From assembly GCA_000146045.2 (NCBI GenBank), contig BK006949.2, positions 736,001 through 800,000 of the forward strand: a stretch of DNA of 64,000 nt. The letters run 5' to 3'. This stretch comes from TPA_inf: Saccharomyces. Taxonomy: Eukaryota. Positions 42,583-53,325 of the stretch are shown here, in pieces. Below the pieces are notes generated by a model. That model was not told the DNA's origin and searched no databases. It worked only from the letters and a program-made list of their open reading frames with translations. Each line of letters begins with the position of its first letter. Within the stretch, counting starts at the first letter, position 1. The position numbers and the translations under genes were made by a program.

Positions 42583-44301
42583 ATGGTTATCATCCTCCTA
42601 GGTCTTTGCACATTAGGTTTTCCAAGAACAGCATTCTGTCCCTCCATAATGACAAATTCTACAGTGAGTATTAACACGCCTCCACCATATCTTACTCTAG
42701 CTTGTAATGAAAAATTACCAACAGTTATGTCAATTGCTGGATCAGACTCAAGTGGTGGAGCCGGTGTTGAAGCTGATATTAAGACTATCACCGCACACAG
42801 ATGTTATGCCATGACATGCGTCACTACTTTGACTGCTCAAACTCCAGTGAAGGTGTACGGCGCTCAAAATATACCAAAGAAAATGGTATCTCAAATATTA
42901 GACGCCAATTTACAGGACATGAAATGTAATGTTATTAAGACTGGCATGCTTACGGTGGATGCAATCGAAGTCTTGCACGAAAAACTTTTGCAACTTGGTG
43001 AAAATAGACCCAAGTTAGTAATTGATCCAGTTCTTTGCGCCGCTTCTGACTCTTCTCCAACTGGAAAGGATGTGGTTAGCTTAATCATAGAAAAAATTTC
43101 TCCTTTTGCCGACATTTTAACTCCTAACATTTCAGACTGTTTCATGTTACTGGGCGAGAACAGAGAAGTTAGCAAACTACAAGACGTTCTTGAAATCGCG
43201 AAAGACCTTTCTAGAATCACCAATTGCTCCAATATTTTAGTGAAGGGAGGCCACATTCCATGTGACGATGGAAAAGAAAAGCATATTACTGACGTTCTTT
43301 ACTTAGGTGCTGAACAAAAATTCATCACTTTTAAGGGCCAATTCGTTAATACTACACGCACTCATGGCGCTGGATGCACACTGGCTTCTGCTATAGCATC
43401 TAACTTGGCTCGCGGTTATTCTCTTTCCCAATCTGTTTATGGTGGTATTGAGTATGTACAGAATGCCATCGCAATTGGCTGTGACGTTACCAAGAAAGCT
43501 GTGAAGGTTGGACCAATTAATCACGTTTACGCCGTAGAGATTCCATTAGAAAAAATGCTCACCGACGAATGCTTTACAGCATCTGATGCTGTACCTAAGA
43601 AGCCAATCGAAGGTTCTCTTGACAAAATCCCTGGGGGTAGCTTCTTTAATTATCTGATAAATCATCCTAAAGTCAAGCCGCATTGGGATGCCTACGTGAA
43701 TCACGAATTTGTTAAAAGAGTGGCAGACGGCACATTGGAACGCAAAAAGTTCCAGTTTTTTATTGAACAAGATTATTTATACTTAATTGATTATGTGAGA
43801 GTTTGCTGCGTCACAGGTAGTAAATCTCCAACTCTAGAAGATCTAGAAAAGGACCTTGTTATTGCTGATTGCGCCCGTAATGAACTAAATGAACATGAAA
43901 GAAGATTAAGAGAAGAATTTGGAGTTAAGGACCCAGATTACTTACAAAAAATTAAGAGAGGTCCCGCATTAAGGGCCTACTGTCGTTACCTAATTGACAT
44001 TTCCAGAAGAGGAAACTGGCAAGAAATAGTTGTAGCCCTCAACCCTTGTCTAATGGGTTATGTTTATGCTGTAGACAAAGTTAAGGATAAGATAACAGCA
44101 GCAGAGGGTTCTATTTATAGTGAATGGTGTGATACTTGCGCGTCTTCATTTTGCTACCAAGCTGTGCTTGAAGGTGAAAGGCTCATGAATCACATCTTGG
44201 AAACATATCCTCCAGATCAACTTGATTCTTTGGTGACGATCTTTGCAAGAGGTTGTGAATTAGAAACTAATTTCTGGACCGCCGCCATGGAATACGAATG
44301 A
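42583..44301 (+). CDS. THI22: Bifunctional HMP-P kinase (ThiD) / thiaminase II (TenA) family protein, paralogue of THI20/THI21.
   Basis: 572-aa ORF, the same length as YPR121W. An N-terminal ThiD-like domain (GSDSSGGAGVEADIKT...GGH) and a C-terminal TenA-like domain. Confidence 0.85.
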   Translation: MVIILLGLCTLGFPRTAFCPSIMTNSTVSINTPPPYLTLACNEKLPTVMSIAGSDSSGGAGVEADIKTITAHRCYAMTCVTTLTAQTPVKVYGAQNIPKKMVSQILDANLQDMKCNVIKTGMLTVDAIEVLHEKLLQLGENRPKLVIDPVLCAASDSSPTGKDVVSLIIEKISPFADILTPNISDCFMLLGENREVSKLQDVLEIAKDLSRITNCSNILVKGGHIPCDDGKEKHITDVLYLGAEQKFITFKGQFVNTTRTHGAGCTLASAIASNLARGYSLSQSVYGGIEYVQNAIAIGCDVTKKAVKVGPINHVYAVEIPLEKMLTDECFTASDAVPKKPIEGSLDKIPGGSFFNYLINHPKVKPHWDAYVNHEFVKRVADGTLERKKFQFFIEQDYLYLIDYVRVCCVTGSKSPTLEDLEKDLVIADCARNELNEHERRLREEFGVKDPDYLQKIKRGPALRAYCRYLIDISRRGNWQEIVVALNPCLMGYVYAVDKVKDKITAAEGSIYSEWCDTCASSFCYQAVLEGERLMNHILETYPPDQLDSLVTIFARGCELETNFWTAAMEYE

Positions 44302-45550
44302 TAGTTACAATATTTTTAACAGAATATATAAAATACATATACAGAAATGATAAACTATAAACGCAAAAGATTAGCGATACGAAAAAAGGATTTCTCGCTA
44401 TTATATCAATTTATAAAGAGATCCTTTGGAAATATAAATTATGTTCATTTCATTTTTTCAACTTCTAGAAGGATGACTAACTATTGTTTCCATTTGCTAG
44501 CATGGTAAATTAATACATTTTTGAATTTGCTGCTAGGGTACAATACCATGCAATGTTTATAATATAAATCAAAGTGACAGAGATTCCTAAAAGCTAAAAC
44601 AAATCCATTGATAATATAATAGTAGGTTGGTCAATTCACCGCAGATTCAATGTAAGTATTGATACTCCATAAATGTTAACTTCAGGTTGATATTCGTTAC
44701 AAAAATCTTAGTTTGCTTTTCATTACTATCTGAACGGAATGCTCAACATTTTTCTTATTCTACAATTGTACAATGTCACGTAAACAGTTTGATTTGTGTA
44801 TTTACAGTGGAAACATTTTACTTGTTGGCAATAGTACATGCGCAGATAATCAAAAACCATTGTTTCCGACATTATTTCTGACAATTGCTTGAATTTGCTG
44901 AACACTTTTCGAGGTACATTCTGATAAAGAGTGCATTATTAGTTATTTAGAGTATATTAAGACATCTTCTCGAAGATATATAAATTCGTAAAGGAAACAA
45001 AAATTTCGGGATAACAAAAAAGTTTCTTCTTTTTACGTATTAAATGGTCTATTCATCGATCCTATTTCACTATCAATCCTATTATATTATCAACTTTTGC
45101 ATTTCTGCTTCCACCAAAGTCGACGGCTGTTTCTCATCGTTTATGTAATATCATAACGCATGTATGACATTATATCAGTGGCATGAGCGCTAGTCCATGA
45201 AATAGGAGTTTAACTCCAACATACGGAACATTCGCATTATCGCACACGTAAGACTCGATATATTAAGGAAGGAATTTCCGAGTTGGATTAATAAAGGAAA
45301 AATAAAATATAGTGTTGGAAATATAGTTGCCTCAGAATAATATCAATATAATATTAAAACGTATATAGTTAGATACCCGGTATTATTCGAGTACGCATTA
45401 ATTCAGCAGTATGACTTTCTGTGCCTGCTTATATATTGTAACCGTATGTTGTTCTACCTTAAAAATTTGCTAAATTGAAGGAATTGACTATCGTCACTGA
45501 AGAGTATTCGTATTATGGTATTATGATACATTGTCTAAAAAAAGGATACC

Positions 45551-46014
45551 ATTTTTCTTCAATAGAACAAGAAGAGAATCTAAGGACACCATTTCGAGAA
45601 ATAGTTTACACAGTATATCCAATAACTCCAATAAACTACTTTCCTATACAAATTTCCGATGGTTGGATTAATAGTAAAACTTCTATACTTCTTTCATCCA
45701 TCAAGAAATTAAGGTAAACATCTGGTAAGCACTATCCAACTTTTTTCTGTTACACATATGGTTTTTCTGCAATCATTTCTTCCCACTTTGCATGAGTAAG
45801 TGTCCCATTTTGTCTCAAGCCGTTAATCTTGAAACCGCAGGCGGAGTTACTTGATGCGGTATTTTACATGCCTTTTTTCACTGCAAGAAAAAAATGAAAC
45901 ACTTATTTACACGATTTTCAGGATAGTTTACGCTGGTGAGTATGCAGAACAGTTAACACCTTTGTTTTATCCTTTTGTGTCTTGATTATATAATATAAAT
46001 GTGCCTGGCGTTAA
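45551..46014 (+). repeat. Right copy of the ~450-bp direct repeat. It ends about 30 bp before the AXL1 ATG and carries an extra 17-bp insertion (gcatgagtaagtgtccc).
   Basis: See the left copy. The overlapping 80-aa ORF at 45475-45717 lies within the repeat and is probably spurious. Confidence 0.85.
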
Positions 46015-46044
46015 AAAATAGCAACTGAATAAGTTTTTTTACTG

Positions 46045-49000
46045 ATGTCCTTGAGAGAAGTAACTAATTATGAAGTCTCGTTTTACATCCCGTTGTCTTA
46101 CAGCAACAGGACTCATAAAGTTTGTAAACTGCCAAACGGAATTTTAGCATTAATAATATCGGATCCAACAGATACTTCAAGCTCATGCTCACTGACTGTT
46201 TGCACAGGTTCCCATAACGATCCAAAGGATATTGCCGGTTTGGCGCACCTTTGTGAGCACATGATTCTTTCTGCCGGTTCCAAAAAATACCCTGATCCTG
46301 GTTTATTCCACACACTAATCGCAAAAAACAACGGCTCTCAAAATGCCTTTACCACAGGGGAGCAAACGACTTTTTATTTTGAATTGCCCAATACTCAAAA
46401 TAACGGCGAATTTACATTTGAATCTATCTTAGATGTGTTTGCCTCATTCTTCAAAGAACCGCTCTTCAACCCTTTACTGATAAGCAAGGAGATATATGCA
46501 ATACAAAGTGAGCATGAGGGAAACATATCATCAACCACAAAAATATTCTACCACGCAGCAAGAATATTGGCCAATCCCGACCATCCTTTCAGTCGCTTTT
46601 CCACTGGGAACATACACTCGTTATCTAGCATTCCACAACTGAAAAAAATAAAACTAAAGAGCTCATTAAACACTTACTTCGAAAATAATTTTTTTGGGGA
46701 GAATATAACCTTGTGCATAAGGGGACCGCAGTCTGTTAATATTCTTACGAAACTAGCTCTATCAAAATTTGGCGATATAAAACCCAAAAGCGCTGTAAAG
46801 GAAAGGAGTATATCGATTAGGACGAGGTCATTTCGAAGATCGAAGTCTTTAAAAAAACGCCAAGATTCTTCCAAAAACGACTACAGTGACTTGAAAACCT
46901 TTAAAATACTGAACACAACGTGGGAAAAAAAATACAAAAATACGATGTGTTTTCAACAATTTCCTGAATGCAATTCGATATTTATCAATTCAAATAAGGT
47001 ACCTATAATGAGACTTCTCTTTCCTGTTAGCGATAAAAACACTCGGTTTACAAAGGATGACATTAAAATATACAGTCATCTTTGGTGTGAACTTTTCGGC
47101 GATGAGTCTCCAGGATCTTTGAGCTATTACTTAGCTTCAAAAGGCTGGCTCACAGGCTGTTTTGCCTTTACCTCAGAATTCGCTATTGGTGACATAGGAT
47201 TAATTTTGGAATTAGAACTGACAAACAGTGGCTGGGAAAATATTAAGAGAATTACGACAATAGTACTTAATAGACTCTTGCCTTCCTTTTACGTAATGAA
47301 CATCGATTACTTAATCACTTTTTTGAAAGAACAGAATTTGATCGACCTCGTTAGCTTTCTGTACCAAAGTTCAGAGGATCTTCCAATGGAAGAGTGCTCA
47401 AAATTAAGCGGTATTCTTCAGGACGATTTAGAATGTTTAACCCCCCCTAATATATTCAAAGGATTTAAATCTCTTATAGAAATAGATGATCCCAACATCG
47501 AAAAATATGAAAACACAAAGGCCAATATACAATGGTGGACAGGGCAAGCTATTAAGTTCCAAAATTTTTTAAAATCTTTCATGAATCATGACAACATGCG
47601 CCTTTTACTCTTAGGGAATATAAAATCTGGTAATATATTTGATAAAATGAAAAATAAAAGTGATATATGCACCGATTTTTTCTATGAATTTGAGTATTAT
47701 ACGGCAAACGTTCATCTAGCAAGTGATAATAAATTTCATTCAAACAGCTCGTATGAATTTAATTTTCCCACAGGTAATCTTTTTTTACCAGATTGCGTCA
47801 GCGATCCTTTAAAACTACAACAGCTCTTCTTAGAATGCTCGTTAAAATCGAAATTTGCTACGCTTAGACCTCAAATTTATAGTGAGCCCACTAGGACAAA
47901 GCCTCAATTAGTCAGTGAGAACCAGAATTATGAGATGTGGATCTTAAAAGAAGACCCAAATTTTGCCTCAGACAATAAATCCGTCGTATCATTTGAAGTT
48001 TTGGGGTTAGGCATCAAACCTAGTCCGGAGGCAACAATCCACCTGGAAGTACTAGCACAGGCATTATTTATCATCACCTCTTCATTCCTTTATCCCGCTC
48101 TGAGAATTGGTTACACATATGAGATTGCCTCATCTAGTAAGGGCAACGTAACACTGCGATTTACTATTTCTGGATTCCCTGAGGGTGTTTTCACAATAGT
48201 AAAGACGTTCGTGGATACGCTAAAACTTATTGCAACAGATCCAACGTTTCTTTCTAAAGATACCTTGAGAAAGGCAAGGATTTTAGTTAGAAATAAATAC
48301 AAGAACGCGTCATCGGACAACTGCGTGAAGCTAGCTAGCGTTGGATTGCTGATTGTTTTAGAGAAATATATATGGACTTTAGAGGATAGAATTAATGCAT
48401 TAGAGCTTACCGAGTTGGAATCCTTCGAAAAATTTTGTTTTTTATTCTGGAGGAATCCTAAACATTTGGTCTTGTTCATGCAGGGAAGCCTTGAATATGC
48501 TGACGCAATCAACCGTTACTTAAATAACAATTTTACGCAGCACCTAAAAATCAGCAATGAAGGGAGCAAACCGACCATACGTCTCTACCCTCCTCCCAGT
48601 ACAAAAGATCTAGATCAAGGCACAAATGCCTTTATATCATATAATGGTCACCAGGATGATCCCAACAATAGTATTGTGTATTTTATTCAGACTGCACAAA
48701 GAGATGACATCAAAAATCTGACACTAACCTTTCTTACCGAATATCTATTTTCACTAACGCTAGTGCCTGATCTAAGAAATAAAAAGCAAATTGGGTACAT
48801 TGTTTTGGGAGGACTCAGGGTTTTAACAGACACTGTTGGGATTCATATAACCGTAATGTCTGGCAGCTCGGGGCACAATCTGGAAACTAGGATCAATGAG
48901 TACTTATCTTACTTGCAGCTGCAGGTGCTAAATAGATTCACCGAGTTTGATTTTCGAAGGATACTTCTAGAGCCGTTCTTAAATCTTTTAAAACAGAACA

Positions 49001-49671
49001 GTACGAAACAGTTTGAAGGGTCGGCTGGTCCTGTAGACCTATTAAATGAGATAGTGGCAAATGTGCAAAATGGTGATAATTACACTCTCAACAATAAACA
49101 AATGAGACAACATAGGAAGGTAAGAAATAAAATTGCGGAAGGAAGGCTTAATTTTCAAGAAGATCATGAAATGATTGATATCTCATTTTTGCAAAAATTA
49201 ACTCTAAAGAAATATTTAGCATTCTTCGAGTCCAAAATCTCTATATATTCCGCTCAAAGAAGTAAGCTATCAATAATGATCACAAGTCCAATGGCAGAGA
49301 AGGAAATTGCAAGCAGGAAAATGTTCCTTCAGCTAGAGGCCTTTCTGAAAATAAACGGATTCGCCATAAAAAATGAAGACTTGAAGAAAATTGTCGAACA
49401 TTCAAAGGGAAATCCTATTTTACTTGTAAAGAACCTTTTTACTTATTTTCGTAGGAGAAATGAAGTTTTCAAGCTCGGAACCGTTGTATTGCAGGAAATA
49501 TTGAAAATCATCGGAATGAATCTTAAGCAGAGATACGGCTCTATATTAGGGTTTTCTTCCCAAGATGGTGAAGGACAAGAAATAGAAAAATTTTGGAACA
49601 ACGACACAAGTCCGATTGTTCCTCTTCAGGAGCTTCCTGAACCAAACTTTTTCCGCAAGGCCGCATTTTGA
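46045..49671 (+). CDS. AXL1: M16A-family (insulin-degrading-enzyme-like) metalloprotease required for a-factor processing and axial budding.
   Basis: 1208-aa ORF, the same length as YPR122W. Inverted zinc-binding motif HxxEH...E (HLCEHMILSAGSKKYP). Confidence 0.9.
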   Translation: MSLREVTNYEVSFYIPLSYSNRTHKVCKLPNGILALIISDPTDTSSSCSLTVCTGSHNDPKDIAGLAHLCEHMILSAGSKKYPDPGLFHTLIAKNNGSQNAFTTGEQTTFYFELPNTQNNGEFTFESILDVFASFFKEPLFNPLLISKEIYAIQSEHEGNISSTTKIFYHAARILANPDHPFSRFSTGNIHSLSSIPQLKKIKLKSSLNTYFENNFFGENITLCIRGPQSVNILTKLALSKFGDIKPKSAVKERSISIRTRSFRRSKSLKKRQDSSKNDYSDLKTFKILNTTWEKKYKNTMCFQQFPECNSIFINSNKVPIMRLLFPVSDKNTRFTKDDIKIYSHLWCELFGDESPGSLSYYLASKGWLTGCFAFTSEFAIGDIGLILELELTNSGWENIKRITTIVLNRLLPSFYVMNIDYLITFLKEQNLIDLVSFLYQSSEDLPMEECSKLSGILQDDLECLTPPNIFKGFKSLIEIDDPNIEKYENTKANIQWWTGQAIKFQNFLKSFMNHDNMRLLLLGNIKSGNIFDKMKNKSDICTDFFYEFEYYTANVHLASDNKFHSNSSYEFNFPTGNLFLPDCVSDPLKLQQLFLECSLKSKFATLRPQIYSEPTRTKPQLVSENQNYEMWILKEDPNFASDNKSVVSFEVLGLGIKPSPEATIHLEVLAQALFIITSSFLYPALRIGYTYEIASSSKGNVTLRFTISGFPEGVFTIVKTFVDTLKLIATDPTFLSKDTLRKARILVRNKYKNASSDNCVKLASVGLLIVLEKYIWTLEDRINALELTELESFEKFCFLFWRNPKHLVLFMQGSLEYADAINRYLNNNFTQHLKISNEGSKPTIRLYPPPSTKDLDQGTNAFISYNGHQDDPNNSIVYFIQTAQRDDIKNLTLTFLTEYLFSLTLVPDLRNKKQIGYIVLGGLRVLTDTVGIHITVMSGSSGHNLETRINEYLSYLQLQVLNRFTEFDFRRILLEPFLNLLKQNSTKQFEGSAGPVDLLNEIVANVQNGDNYTLNNKQMRQHRKVRNKIAEGRLNFQEDHEMIDISFLQKLTLKKYLAFFESKISIYSAQRSKLSIMITSPMAEKEIASRKMFLQLEAFLKINGFAIKNEDLKKIVEHSKGNPILLVKNLFTYFRRRNEVFKLGTVVLQEILKIIGMNLKQRYGSILGFSSQDGEGQEIEKFWNNDTSPIVPLQELPEPNFFRKAAF

Positions 49672-49873
49672 ACCGTATTTTGCTCGTTCCAGCCTTTCCA
49701 CGTTTTTGTTATCTAAGCAACTTGGCACATTTCCCTACTATACTACAAACCGATACGTAAATACTTCCCTAAATAGCATATGAATTATTCAGTAATTTTT
49801 AAGGATCGAAACTGCACCTCAACTATTCGTTACTGTGGTTATGTTCTCATGTATTGATGCAAATCATGGGATA

Positions 49874-49903
49874 TTTGCTCAAGACGACGGTAAAATGAGC
49901 AAA
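49874..49903. promoter_or_regulatory. Two inverted copper-response elements (CuRE, the Mac1 site TTTGCTCA) in the CTR1 promoter.
   Basis: TTTGCTCA at 49874-49881 and its reverse complement TGAGCAAA at 49896-49903. They lie 305-335 bp upstream of the CTR1 ATG, consistent with the known Mac1-dependent CTR1 regulation through paired CuREs. Confidence 0.75.
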
Positions 49904-50207
49904 AATGGCACGATCCTGAAAAGAGCACTTTTCAAGATTCGGGCTACAAAATGCAACATAAAAAATGTTGTATTGTCATCTCGAGAGGGTCTTGTATGTT
50001 TTATTCCTCTTATGATTAGTTCACATTAGTAAAACAGATACGCAGTGTGCTCTTAATAAACAACTACTCCATAGCTTTATTTGCATAACAAAACTTTTAA
50101 GCACAAACTTAAACAGGTGGAGTAATAGTTCGGCGGCGACTCAAATTACATTTGTTGGAAGAATCGAATAGAAAATAAAAAAAAGTGTATTATATTTGAC
50201 ATTCAAA

Positions 50208-51428
50208 ATGGAAGGTATGAATATGGGTAGCAGCATGAATATGGACGCCATGTCTAGTGCATCCAAGACAGTAGCATCGAGTATGGCGTCGATGAGCATG
50301 GATGCGATGTCTAGTGCCAGCAAAACGATATTATCGAGCATGTCATCGATGAGCATGGAAGCGATGTCCAGTGCGAGCAAAACGTTGGCGTCGACTATGT
50401 CGTCAATGGCAAGTATGTCGATGGGAAGCAGTTCAATGTCAGGTATGTCTATGTCGATGAGCAGTACACCAACAAGCTCCGCCAGTGCACAGACAACTTC
50501 TGATTCTAGCATGTCAGGCATGTCAGGTATGTCATCGTCTGATAACAGTAGCTCTTCAGGGATGGATATGGACATGAGTATGGGAATGAACTATTATCTG
50601 ACTCCCACATATAAAAACTATCCAGTTTTGTTTCACCATTTGCATGCAAACAATAGTGGTAAGGCTTTCGGTATTTTCTTATTATTTGTTGTGGCTGCTT
50701 TCGTCTACAAACTACTGCTTTTCGTTAGTTGGTGCCTTGAAGTTCACTGGTTTAAAAAATGGGACAAGCAAAATAAATATTCCACTTTACCTTCAGCAAA
50801 CTCCAAAGACGAAGGAAAACATTATGACACAGAGAATAATTTTGAAATTCAAGGTTTACCTAAGCTGCCAAATTTATTAAGCGATATATTTGTTCCATCT
50901 TTAATGGATCTCTTTCATGACATTATAAGGGCGTTCTTAGTATTTACCTCTACGATGATTATTTATATGTTGATGCTTGCTACCATGTCTTTTGTTTTAA
51001 CATACGTTTTTGCTGTAATTACTGGGTTAGCTTTATCGGAAGTCTTCTTCAATAGATGCAAAATAGCCATGCTAAAGAGGTGGGACATCCAAAGAGAAAT
51101 TCAGAAAGCGAAGAGCTGTCCTGGCTTCGGTAACTGCCAATGTGGTAGACATCCCGAACCCAGCCCTGATCCAATTGCTGTTGCCGATACCACTTCCGGA
51201 AGTGATCAAAGTACTCGCCTGGAAAAGAACAACGAATCTAAAGTTGCGATTTCCGAAAATAATCAAAAGAAAACACCTACACAAGAAGAGGGATGTAATT
51301 GTGCCACAGACTCAGGAAAGAATCAAGCAAACATAGAGCGCGACATCCTTGAGAATTCCAAGTTGCAGGAACAGTCCGGGAATATGGATCAAAACTTACT
51401 TCCGGCCGAAAAATTCACTCATAACTAA
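50208..51428 (+). CDS. CTR1: High-affinity plasma-membrane copper transporter.
   Basis: The ORF is trimmed to MEGMNMGSS, giving 406 aa, the length of YPR124W. The N-terminus has Met-rich MxxM/MxM motifs, and an MxxxM transmembrane motif follows. Confidence 0.9.
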   Translation: MEGMNMGSSMNMDAMSSASKTVASSMASMSMDAMSSASKTILSSMSSMSMEAMSSASKTLASTMSSMASMSMGSSSMSGMSMSMSSTPTSSASAQTTSDSSMSGMSGMSSSDNSSSSGMDMDMSMGMNYYLTPTYKNYPVLFHHLHANNSGKAFGIFLLFVVAAFVYKLLLFVSWCLEVHWFKKWDKQNKYSTLPSANSKDEGKHYDTENNFEIQGLPKLPNLLSDIFVPSLMDLFHDIIRAFLVFTSTMIIYMLMLATMSFVLTYVFAVITGLALSEVFFNRCKIAMLKRWDIQREIQKAKSCPGFGNCQCGRHPEPSPDPIAVADTTSGSDQSTRLEKNNESKVAISENNQKKTPTQEEGCNCATDSGKNQANIERDILENSKLQEQSGNMDQNLLPAEKFTHN

Positions 51429-51960
51429 TAACTAGACAAGGTTCGTCCACCTATATCTTCTTCTTCCAATATCTCTATACATCAAAATAAGAATATCGTT
51501 CATTTCTCAGAAGCTCAAAAAAAATCTCAAAATGGATACTTCTAATGCCCTCATGAAGAGGAAAGAAAATAATAGACACAGCGACCTTCCTATAAATAAC
51601 AGACTTGTATATAGTTGAATGTCTAAGTAATTTTAATTCAAAAATCCTTAACTATATTACCACCTTGCAATAATAAGAGTGAAGTGTTAAAAATGATACT
51701 TGCTTGCCTTCATCGAGTTACCGTTGTCTCCCACGTTTCTTTTTTCTCGTTGGACAGAATTGCTTCCGCGCGAACATTTTCCACTTTTATTTGAAAGAGG
51801 ACATTATTCAGATCGTGTCAGTCTCATCTAATTGGCAAAGTGGCAATTTTCGAAATAACAAGATAACTGCATAAAGTAACACTTGTCGAATTGAAAGTAT
51901 TTTGCCAGTGATATTTAGGTTCGAGTAAAGAAAATTTCATAAAGAAATCAACAAGACACA

Positions 51961-53325
51961 ATGCTGAAATACAGGTCTTTGCCAATCAAGAGAGCAATCC
52001 ATCATCCGGCACCAGGAATTACTCCAATTTCTCCCCGTATTATGGTAAGCAGGTTGAGAGTAATACCATCTTTTAATTTGAAGTTCAATCGTTGGAACTC
52101 TTCGGTGCCAGAAAGCTCGAAAAAGGAGTTAAAAACGACAGACGGAAACCAAGAAAGTGCGAGTAAGGTCTCTCCAGTAAAAGAGAAGGAAAAAGTACCC
52201 TTTAAGGTTAAGATGCAAAAAGCCCTTCGTCATTATTGGGATGGTTCCAAACTTTTGGGGTTGGAGATAAAAATTTCTTCCAAATTGCTCATGAAGAGTG
52301 CTGCAGGCTACCCATTGACGAGAAGAGAAAATTTACAACTGAAAAGAACTACTCAAGATATCGTTCGGTTGGTTCCATTTGCTGCTTTCCTCATTATACC
52401 CTTTGCTGAACTTCTTCTTCCATTTGCATTAAAGTTATTCCCCAATTTACTTCCTTCTACTTATGAATCAAGTAAAAAACGCGAGAATAAACTAGAAAAT
52501 TTAAGAAACACAAGGAAGTTAATGTCTGAAATCATAAAGAATAACAAGTCCCATTTTAAACCTAATAATATTTCCGAGGAACAAAAAGCTTTGTTTAACA
52601 GGTTCTACACACATGTCCGTGCTACAGGAGTGCCGGAGTCTCGTCAACAGCTAATCGAAGTAGCTAGATTATTCACTGATGATACTGTATTGGATAATGT
52701 GACAAGACCTTACTTGATTGCATTAGCGAAGTATATGAATTTGCAACCATTCGGCACTGATGTGATGCTACGTTACCGTATCAGATACAAAATGCTTGAA
52801 TTGAAAAAAGATGATCTATCTATATATTACGAGGATGCAGAACAACTCTCCCTCTCTGAATTGAAAACAGCATGCGCCTCCAGAGGTATTAGAAGTGTAG
52901 ACGTAGAGCCTAGCGTGTTATATTCGAATCTAAGATTGTGGCTGAACATGAGGCTCAAGGATAAGATCCCATCCACGCTGTTAATCATGGCTACTGCCTA
53001 TAACTACGGTAATGTGCAATCAAAGGAGTCATTGTACGACGCATTATGTGACGTTTTAATCGGTATCCCTGATGAACTATACCATGAGGTTAAAGTAAAC
53101 GTCGTTAAGGAAGATGAGGCATCCGCTAAGCAAAAATTGAAACAATTGAGGGAGCAAGAAGAAATTATGAAGGAAGAAGAGCAGCAAGAAGAGAACGCCA
53201 TTGTGAGCGTCAAGGATGAGTTGAGCTTGGACGACCAAGACAAGAACATAGATGCGGCTGCTCCAGACGTAAAACCGCATGACACCAAGCCTATCGGAGA
53301 AGCCGCTGCCATCAAAGAGAAGTAA
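51961..53325 (+). CDS. YLH47: LETM1-family mitochondrial inner-membrane protein (MDM38 paralogue).
   Basis: 454-aa ORF, the same length as YPR125W. LETM1-like ribosome-binding domain with a single transmembrane segment (LVPFAAFLIIPFAELLLPFALKLFP). Confidence 0.85.
   Translation: MLKYRSLPIKRAIHHPAPGITPISPRIMVSRLRVIPSFNLKFNRWNSSVPESSKKELKTTDGNQESASKVSPVKEKEKVPFKVKMQKALRHYWDGSKLLGLEIKISSKLLMKSAAGYPLTRRENLQLKRTTQDIVRLVPFAAFLIIPFAELLLPFALKLFPNLLPSTYESSKKRENKLENLRNTRKLMSEIIKNNKSHFKPNNISEEQKALFNRFYTHVRATGVPESRQQLIEVARLFTDDTVLDNVTRPYLIALAKYMNLQPFGTDVMLRYRIRYKMLELKKDDLSIYYEDAEQLSLSELKTACASRGIRSVDVEPSVLYSNLRLWLNMRLKDKIPSTLLIMATAYNYGNVQSKESLYDALCDVLIGIPDELYHEVKVNVVKEDEASAKQKLKQLREQEEIMKEEEQQEENAIVSVKDELSLDDQDKNIDAAAPDVKPHDTKPIGEAAAIKEK

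Noticed and set aside
45475-45717. 80-aa plus-strand ORF upstream of AXL1.
   Set aside because: It lies largely within the right copy of the 450-bp direct repeat. The left copy does not maintain the frame, so it is probably spurious.
50141-50575. 144-aa minus-strand ORF antisense to the CTR1 5' end (position of dubious YPR123C).
   Set aside because: The open frame is produced by the antisense of the ATG-rich 57-bp tandem repeats in CTR1. The peptide is low-complexity (IDI/LAL repeats). It is treated as non-coding.
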